NCBI GenBank assembly: GCA_018303845.1
Contig: JAGVXH010000004.1
Coordinates: 197,165-261,164 of the forward strand
Direction: 5' to 3'
From: Candidatus Pacearchaeota archaeon
GTDB taxonomy: Archaea > Nanobdellota > Nanobdellia > Pacearchaeales > GW2011-AR1
DNA length: 64,000 nucleotides
The translations under genes and the position numbers were made by a program. The notes beneath the pieces were generated by a model that was given only the letters and a program-made list of their open reading frames with translations, was not told the DNA's origin and searched no databases. Shown here piece by piece: positions 57,804 through 64,000 of this stretch; positions within the stretch are counted from its first letter, which is position 1; the number at the start of each line of letters is the position of its first letter.

Positions 57804-58733
57804 CTATCCCAAGCAAGAACCCTTATTGTATACATCATCAAAAACATTACTCAACTGATGAACCACAACCTTACCATTATTAAAATCCTCATTATTAAAA
57901 ACAATCTCAGGGCAATCCCATCCAGTTCGAAATCCATTCAACTTCTCAATATCACTACTCCTCATCTTAAAATCCAAAGCCCCAAGATTCTCATCAATAT
58001 GCTTCAAATTACTAGATTTAGTTAATGGTAAAAATCCACGAGAAATAAGCCAATTAAAAATAATCTGATTCTGTGTCTTCCCATACTTCTCACTCAACTC
58101 CACTAACAACGGCCAATTTCTAGCAATAGTTTTATTTCTCCGAATAGGCTGATAAATAACATTCAAAATATTATTTTCATCCGCAAACTCAATAATACCC
58201 ATATGCTCATTTTCTCTAATCTCAAAATTAAAATTCAACTCATGACAAAACATCTTGTCTCCAAAAATTTCTTTAAACTTTTTCAAATACTTCAAATCAG
58301 AATTAGTAATACTAACAAACTTAGTTTCTCCAGACTCCAAAACATCCTTCAAGAATTGAGCAACATTATCAAAACCATATTTTTCAATACCAGTAACATC
58401 AAACTCAACAGAATCCATATAATTAGTATCCAAGATTTCTCTAACCTTTTTCATTTCCTTCCTAACATCCTCCAATGTCTCATTCTTATAACAATAAAGA
58501 GCCTGATGTAAAAACAACTTCTCCCTATCAACTCCAGATTTCTCAATAGCTTCAGCCAAAAGCTCCACATTATGCCCCTCGGAATTCCAATAATTGACCT
58601 CAATAAAATTCATCCCCTTCTTCAAAGAATAAACCAAAGCCTCAATATCTTTCTTATCATTTCCAGAATCTTTCTTAGCGAACCCACCAATACCCCATCC
58701 ACCAATACCAATTGGAAAAATATTTTTATCCAT
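57804..58733 (-). CDS. aldo/keto reductase family protein (divergent)
   Basis: PIGIGGWGIGG, KYGKT.NQI..NWL, PL.KSSN..HIDENL. Confidence 0.85.
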   Translation of the reverse strand: MDKNIFPIGIGGWGIGGFAKKDSGNDKKDIEALVYSLKKGMNFIEVNYWNSEGHNVELLAEAIEKSGVDREKLFLHQALYCYKNETLEDVRKEMKKVREILDTNYMDSVEFDVTGIEKYGFDNVAQFLKDVLESGETKFVSITNSDLKYLKKFKEIFGDKMFCHELNFNFEIRENEHMGIIEFADENNILNVIYQPIRRNKTIARNWPLLVELSEKYGKTQNQIIFNWLISRGFLPLTKSSNLKHIDENLGALDFKMRSSDIEKLNGFRTGWDCPEIVFNNEDFNNGKVVVHQLSNVFDDVYNKGSCLG

Positions 58734-58808
58734 ATAAGATATTTAAATAAAAACATTAAATACTTTCGGGCTCACTTTGAGCTCATACCATGCGTATACC
58801 AAAACAAA

Positions 58809-58837
58809 AATCTGTGTAATCTGTGTAATCTGTGGCC
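58809..58837 (+). repeat. triplet micro-array downstream of GxxExxY gene 2
   Basis: AATCTGTGT AATCTGTGT AATCTGTGG CC. Confidence 0.88.
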
Positions 58838-58847
58838 AATTTTTTCC

Positions 58848-59218
58848 TCACCCAAAAACCATTCTTTTAATCCCAGCCTCTTTACCAAAGTTTAACAACA
58901 ACCCAACTTCAATTCCAGTAGCCTTCAAATAATTAATCAATTGCGCTTCTTCGGACCCACAAAAATTATTCAAGGCCTTAACTTCAACAATTACTTTCCC
59001 GTCAACAATAAAGTCTGCAAAATAATCTCCCATAATCTTATTCTTATAAAAAACTCTAACAGGAGCTTGCTTAATAAAACTCAAACCAGCTTCAGAAAAT
59101 TCTAAAGCCAAAGCGTTCTCATAAATTTTTTCCAAAAATCCAGAACCCAAAGTATTATACACACGATAAAAACATCCAATAATTTCTCAGTCAATTCCTT
59201 ATGTTTGTATTCTTCCAT
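58848..59218 (-). pseudogene. GxxExxY protein 2, frameshifted near the 5' end
   Basis: MEEYKHKELTEK joins IIGCFYRVYNTLGSGFLEKIYENA... if one A is added to the A-run at about 59183-59185. Confidence 0.85.
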
Positions 59219-59224
59219 TTCAAA

Positions 59225-59252
59225 ATCCATATCGATTCACATAATCCGCGAC
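59225..59252 (+). repeat. degenerate triplet micro-array upstream of GxxExxY gene 2
   Basis: ATCCATATCG ATTCACATA ATCCGCGAC. Confidence 0.55.
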
Positions 59253-59258
59253 TAACCA

Positions 59259-60026
59259 CTACTTAGCCCAAACAATATCCCGAATCTTCCCAGCCAACTC
59301 CAACGGCTCCTTCGCCTGCCAAACATTTCGCCCAATCGCCATCCCACTCGCCCCATTCTCCATATACCCTTTAATCTTCTCCAAAAGCTTCCCCTCACTA
59401 ACCTTACCCCCTCCAGCACAAATCACCTTCACCCTTCCAGCCGACTTAACCGCCCAAGCAAAATCTTTCATGTTCCCCTCCGGATGAATCTTAACAATAT
59501 CAGCCCCAATACTCAATGCAACCTGAGTAGCATACGACATCAATTCATTCTTAGGAATATCTTCCAACCCAGCCCCTCGTGGATAAACCCAAACAATCAA
59601 AGGCAAACCCCGTCGATGCGCCTCCGCCTGAATCTTCGAAACTTCACTCAGCATCTCCTCCTCATGAAAACTCCCAATGTAAATTGTATATCCAACAGCA
59701 CAAGCACCCAAATCAACAGCCTCGTCAATTGTCGCAATCTGTCGCGAAATCGGGTCACCCTTAACTAGACTAGTCTTTCCGTTCAACTTCAAAACAAGCG
59801 GAACCTTAGCTTTCTTAATCTCATCATAATATTTCTCCGCAACCCCCTTGTGCAAAACCAGTCCAGTAAACCCGCCTTTAGCCGCAATGTCAATCACATA
59901 AGCCGGATCAACATTTCTATCATCAAAATCCGTCGGGCCATGTTCAATGCCCTGATCATAAGCAAGCAAAAGAATTTTCCCCTTTCGAACAATTCGCCTC
60001 AAATTAAAAAATTTCTTCAACCTCAT
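59259..60026 (-). CDS. fructose-bisphosphate aldolase class I (DhnA/archaeal type)
   Basis: LAYDQGIEHGP, AVGYTIYIGS, WVYPRG, GADIVK, GMAIGRNVWQ. Confidence 0.93.
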   Translation of the reverse strand: MRLKKFFNLRRIVRKGKILLLAYDQGIEHGPTDFDDRNVDPAYVIDIAAKGGFTGLVLHKGVAEKYYDEIKKAKVPLVLKLNGKTSLVKGDPISRQIATIDEAVDLGACAVGYTIYIGSFHEEEMLSEVSKIQAEAHRRGLPLIVWVYPRGAGLEDIPKNELMSYATQVALSIGADIVKIHPEGNMKDFAWAVKSAGRVKVICAGGGKVSEGKLLEKIKGYMENGASGMAIGRNVWQAKEPLELAGKIRDIVWAK

Positions 60027-61273
60027 TTCTTTTTCACCTTCTTCTGAATCTTCTTAACAATCTTTTCTTTAATAACCTTCTTCTTAACTTTCTTTGTAGC
60101 TCTCTTCACTCTATTTTTAGTCTCCTTATACTTTTCAATCCTAGTCGAACCAGTCCTTCCCAAACCGCCAGACTTCCGAACTTCCGAACCACCTTGCGAA
60201 TCTTTGATTCGCATATGCATATGATTAACATTGTAAACCGCCGTAATAAAAAGCGATTCGCTCCAACCCAAAGGCATATTCTCATTTGGCTTATTCGAAT
60301 TAGAATAATAAAGTTCAGGAACCTCTCCACTTTTACTAACCGTTCCCAAAACTTTCGCTAAAAATTCCTTCGCCTTCTTCTCTTTTCCAAGCTTCTCATA
60401 AATAATCGCAAGCCACGCTAACCCAAATGTCCACTCAGCCTCCTCGGAAAAATTATCCAAATTCTTATTATAATAAGCGTCCCCCTTATACCGAATCACA
60501 CCCTTCTTCTTCAAAAGATGATACTCAACATTTTCCAAAATCTCTTTAGTCTGCCGAGCATTAACAACATCATAAGGCCAAATCAGTGAAAGCAATGCCA
60601 AATCAACAAATTTCTTCTCGCTCTCCCTAGGCAAAAGTTTAGCAAGAGCAGCGTAGCCTTTCTTAATTAAATCTTCATTAACCTCAATCCCATCAAGCCC
60701 TTTAACCATTTCTAAGCCCGCAACACAAGCCCCAATACTTGAAGCGTGAACCTCTTGCGCCTCTTCCCACATTCCAGAATCCGCGTCATGCCAATATTCC
60801 AAAGTCGACAAATAATCAACTAACTTTTGAACAATTCGCCTATCATCATCCTTCAAAATTTTAACCCCAGCTTTTTCGAGTTCACCAATTTTAAACAAAA
60901 TACAACCTATCGAATCATTCTGCTTATTCCCCCATTCCTCCCAAAACTCCTCAAAAGTCTCAGGATTATATCGAGCATGAATAAACTGGTGAGTATACTC
61001 AGGCTTCTGTGAAATCGCATAATCAATTTTAAATTCATGTTTCTTAAAAATATCCAAAAGCGCGCGATAAGTTTCCTCAACAGTTTTCCAATCCTGCACA
61101 ACTTCAAACGCAATACATTCATAAAAATTATCTCGAAGCCATGCCTTATCATAACCAGTCGAAACCGTAGGCTTACTAGCCGAAAACAACCCAGACTTAA
61201 ACCTCAGACCTCCAAGAATTTCTAAATGTTGCTTAACAAGTTTAGTATAATTAATCTTCTTCATCTTCACCAT
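60023..61273 (-). CDS. glycoside hydrolase family 15 protein
   Basis: YDKAWLRD, DSGMWEE...HASS, RYKGD.YY, VPELY...PLGWSES; K-rich tail. Confidence 0.88.
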   Translation of the reverse strand: MVKMKKINYTKLVKQHLEILGGLRFKSGLFSASKPTVSTGYDKAWLRDNFYECIAFEVVQDWKTVEETYRALLDIFKKHEFKIDYAISQKPEYTHQFIHARYNPETFEEFWEEWGNKQNDSIGCILFKIGELEKAGVKILKDDDRRIVQKLVDYLSTLEYWHDADSGMWEEAQEVHASSIGACVAGLEMVKGLDGIEVNEDLIKKGYAALAKLLPRESEKKFVDLALLSLIWPYDVVNARQTKEILENVEYHLLKKKGVIRYKGDAYYNKNLDNFSEEAEWTFGLAWLAIIYEKLGKEKKAKEFLAKVLGTVSKSGEVPELYYSNSNKPNENMPLGWSESLFITAVYNVNHMHMRIKDSQGGSEVRKSGGLGRTGSTRIEKYKETKNRVKRATKKVKKKVIKEKIVKKIQKKVKKK

Positions 61274-61337
61274 CTTTAAACCAAGAGGAGAATCCACTTT
61301 ATTAACTTTGCCAAGACAAAATAATAAATCCCACAAG

Positions 61338-62246
61338 TTATTTTAGTTTTCTCTTTAGCAAATTATTCTTCGCCCCAAAATACCCAAGCACAGCCTCGCT
61401 CTCCTCAACGCCAAGTTTCAAACAATCTTCCAAAGAATATCCAACAAGTAAACCCGCAACAAAACCAGCAGCAAAAGCGTCTCCAGCTCCAGTCCTCTCA
61501 ACCACCTTCTTCCCCTTATGCGGCACAACAGAATAAATACTCCCCTCAAAATAACACTTCACTTCCTTATCCTTATCCGTCACAACAACAATCCTCGGCC
61601 CCAAGCTGTTCAGCCCCTCAAGTATAGTCCCCTTTGTCTTATATCTTTTACAAAGCATTTCTCCTTCTTCCTTATTCAAAATCAAAACATAACAAAGCTT
61701 CAACAACTTCCTAATATCCTGCTTCTCAATCGAATACGAACTCGGATTAAACGCCAATCTCCCTCCGCCCTCAACAAACTTCTCCGCCAAAATCTTCTGC
61801 GTCTCAAAACTTTTTCCCAAGAGCGACGAATAATAAAGCCACTTAGACTTAAATTTCTTAACATCACCAACACCAATCTCATTACTCTCACCCTTGTAAG
61901 TCAAAACAGTCCTATCGTGTTGGTCGCTATCAATAATCATAGAATACCCAGTTTTCCCCAAACCAACCTTCCCCAAAAATTTAACCTTCTCACGTTTCAA
62001 ACAATCAAGCACTTCTTTCCCATTAGAATCATTCCCGACACCACAAACGCACCCCGTCTTCAATCCAAACCGAGCAAAAGCAACCGCAACATTAGTCCCA
62101 CCTCCCCCGATATCAAACCTCAAACCATCAATCAAATATTTCCCACCAACTTCCAAATCAAGCCGACCATTTTTCTCCCCAACTCCAGTAGAAGCAAAAA
62201 CGTCAACTACCCCACTACCAAAACTAACCACATCAAACTTCACCAT
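61338..62246 (-). CDS. PfkB family carbohydrate kinase
   Basis: GGGGTNVA..FARFG, LNKEE, ERTGAGDAFAAGF. Confidence 0.93.
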   Translation of the reverse strand: MVKFDVVSFGSGVVDVFASTGVGEKNGRLDLEVGGKYLIDGLRFDIGGGGTNVAVAFARFGLKTGCVCGVGNDSNGKEVLDCLKREKVKFLGKVGLGKTGYSMIIDSDQHDRTVLTYKGESNEIGVGDVKKFKSKWLYYSSLLGKSFETQKILAEKFVEGGGRLAFNPSSYSIEKQDIRKLLKLCYVLILNKEEGEMLCKRYKTKGTILEGLNSLGPRIVVVTDKDKEVKCYFEGSIYSVVPHKGKKVVERTGAGDAFAAGFVAGLLVGYSLEDCLKLGVEESEAVLGYFGAKNNLLKRKLK

Positions 62247-62319
62247 CTTAAGCTAACCAAAAGCATTCGAAGTTAAAAATGTTGTTATGTAAATCCCTAA
62301 TCCCAAAAGACAAAGTATC

Positions 62320-63498
62320 TTATTTTCTATTGCCTCGCGAAGTGTAATACCCAAGCGCCTTCAGCCCAGCCAACTTCTCTCCAGCGATATAAGATAGACA
62401 TGCCCCGCCCGACAAACTAACATGCCCAAACTTCTTCCTTCTTAAGAACAAGCTCTTCCGAATCACTTCCGACAACTGTCCTCCTCCAACAAGCGAAAAT
62501 CCCTTGCATCTAGAAACAGCCTTTAATATTTCAACCGTCCCTTTTCTAAACCGCCGATCCTCAGCCCATCCCGCCGGCCCCTTAACATAAACACTCTCCG
62601 CGTCCTCAATCATCCGACAAAATCTCTTAATACTCTCCTCTCCAATATCCTCAATTTCAAACTCCATCGGAAAATCATCCAACCCAAACTCTCTTCTCTT
62701 TCCATTGAAATTCACAGCAAAATCAATCGGCAACTCAATCCTTTTCAGTTTACTCTTAAGCTTCTTTAAAAATCCAGCCCAACTACCTTTTGTTAAAAGC
62801 GTCTTCTTCAAAAAAGCATCCTGATACCCAAACTTAAAACCCTTCGCCGCCAAACACACCTGTCCAAACAAGCCACAAGCAATCACCTTATTCCCTCGAC
62901 CAAGTAATTTAATATCACTTTCACCTTTCGCCCCACCCAAAACAAACAAACAATTTTTCATCCGAACTTTTTCCAAAGCCCTAATCTCTTTCTCAAACAA
63001 AAGCCCAATCCCAGACTCTCTGTGAGAAGCAAATCCAACAAGTGAAGTATGGTCCCGATGCGACACCGAAAAAGCATCATTAACATAAATATCAATCAAC
63101 GGCAAAAGCACTTTCAACAAAACATTTCCCTTCTTCCTCGGCTTAAACTCATCCCCAACTCCTCGAACATTATCAAGCAAGACAACATCGCCCTTCTTCA
63201 TTCCCTTAATCGCCTTAACAGCCTTCTCTCCAACGACATCATCCACAAACTTCACATGCCTCCCAAGCAACCTAGCGTGCATCTCTAAGCTCAAAAAATC
63301 TTTTTTACCAGGATTCCCCTGATGCGCCAAAATAACGACACGAGCACCTTTCTTTACAAGCCAATCAATCGTCTTCCCACTTTCAATAATTCGCTCTCCT
63401 TTCAAAACTCGCCCATTAACAACGTCACTATTCAAATCACTCCTAAGCAAAACAGTCAGCCCATGAACATCCAAATCCTTTAGAGTTTTAAGTTTCAT
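62320..63498 (-). CDS. pgk: phosphoglycerate kinase
   Basis: LRSDLN, AHQG, LLDNVR, NDAFSVSHR, LGGAK, DIG, VGGG, HVSLSGGA. Confidence 0.9.
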   Translation of the reverse strand: MKLKTLKDLDVHGLTVLLRSDLNSDVVNGRVLKGERIIESGKTIDWLVKKGARVVILAHQGNPGKKDFLSLEMHARLLGRHVKFVDDVVGEKAVKAIKGMKKGDVVLLDNVRGVGDEFKPRKKGNVLLKVLLPLIDIYVNDAFSVSHRDHTSLVGFASHRESGIGLLFEKEIRALEKVRMKNCLFVLGGAKGESDIKLLGRGNKVIACGLFGQVCLAAKGFKFGYQDAFLKKTLLTKGSWAGFLKKLKSKLKRIELPIDFAVNFNGKRREFGLDDFPMEFEIEDIGEESIKRFCRMIEDAESVYVKGPAGWAEDRRFRKGTVEILKAVSRCKGFSLVGGGQLSEVIRKSLFLRRKKFGHVSLSGGACLSYIAGEKLAGLKALGYYTSRGNRK

Positions 63499-63552
63499 AA
63501 TCACCTTAGATTAGAGAGAGGGGATGTTATTAAATTTAACTCAGAATAATTT

Positions 63553-63675
63553 TTACAAGCCAAGGATTTTCTTAGCTTCTGCCTCTGTATAGAATTCACC
63601 TTTCTTAATTCTTTCTCTGGCTTCTTTAATTTCAAGAATTGTTTTTTGGCTTATCTCTGGTTTTTTCTCGCACAT
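63553..63675 (-). CDS. small antitoxin-like protein or fragment
   Basis: EISQKTILEIKEARERIKKGEFYTEAEAKKILGL resembles C-termini of small archaeal antitoxin-like proteins. Confidence 0.5.
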   Translation of the reverse strand: MCEKKPEISQKTILEIKEARERIKKGEFYTEAEAKKILGL

Positions 63676-63907
63676 TTTCGCTAGATGGATCAATTTTTTC
63701 AAAACCAAAATAATCACGAAGCCAATCAACAAACCCCTCCCAATCTTCTTTTGCTTTCTCCTTGGCAATTTTTTCTTTCTCCTTGGCAATTTTTGCTTTC
63801 TTCTTGGCAAGAATGTTGGCAATGATACATAAAATTATAGCAATCATCAAAATCATTACAGGGGGCAAGGAAATATATATCAAGGTAGGTATATGCAATT
63901 TCACCAA
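63632..63907 (-). CDS. hypothetical single-TM protein with 21-bp tandem repeat
   Basis: TM helix then KIAKEKE KIAKEKA repeats. Confidence 0.5.
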   Translation of the reverse strand: MVKLHIPTLIYISLPPVMILMIAIILCIIANILAKKKAKIAKEKEKIAKEKAKEDWEGFVDWLRDYFGFEKIDPSSENVREKTRDKPKNNS

Positions 63908-64000
63908 TAAATCTATTATGTGAGGTATTAAAGTGGTTAAAGTAGGCGTATTAGAAATTTCATAAAACGCTACAAAATAACAAAACCCTATAAAAATTAA

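Noticed and set aside
63740..63810. 21-bp tandem repeat
   Set aside because: An ordinary in-frame coiled-coil coding repeat, unrelated to the micro-array families.

Overview
This is a chromosomal segment of a small-genome archaeon. Markers include TBP, L15e, NAC, Sec61-beta, TFS, CDC48 and class III pilins; gene content and style suggest DPANN, probably Pacearchaeota-like (inference). It carries housekeeping genes, three tRNAs (Ile-GAT, Gly-CCC, Lys-CTT), a type IV/Tad pilus locus with a VWA adhesin, two tandem CDC48 genes, a RelA/SpoT-like gene with a degenerate hydrolase motif, a membrane-anchored Schlafen/AlbA_2 protein, an Rhs toxin-immunity remnant, a group 3b NiFe hydrogenase with partial maturation genes, and a glycolysis/glucan-use operon. 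The most striking unexplained structure is a set of short, single-orientation tandem micro-arrays. (i) Nine arrays of exactly three 9-10 bp units (approx. AAT[C/T][C/T]G[T/C]G) bracket both GxxExxY nuclease-like genes and also occur alone at accessory-gene junctions. (ii) 8-bp CCCCCAAA arrays have four C-tracts, giving a G-quadruplex motif on the minus strand. (iii) 7-bp arrays also recur. Several arrays sit in-frame inside enzymes. Two of the three tRNAs are followed by a hairpin-rich mini-element containing inverted and direct copies of their own 3' half. All calls come from reading the sequence by eye; no searches were run.
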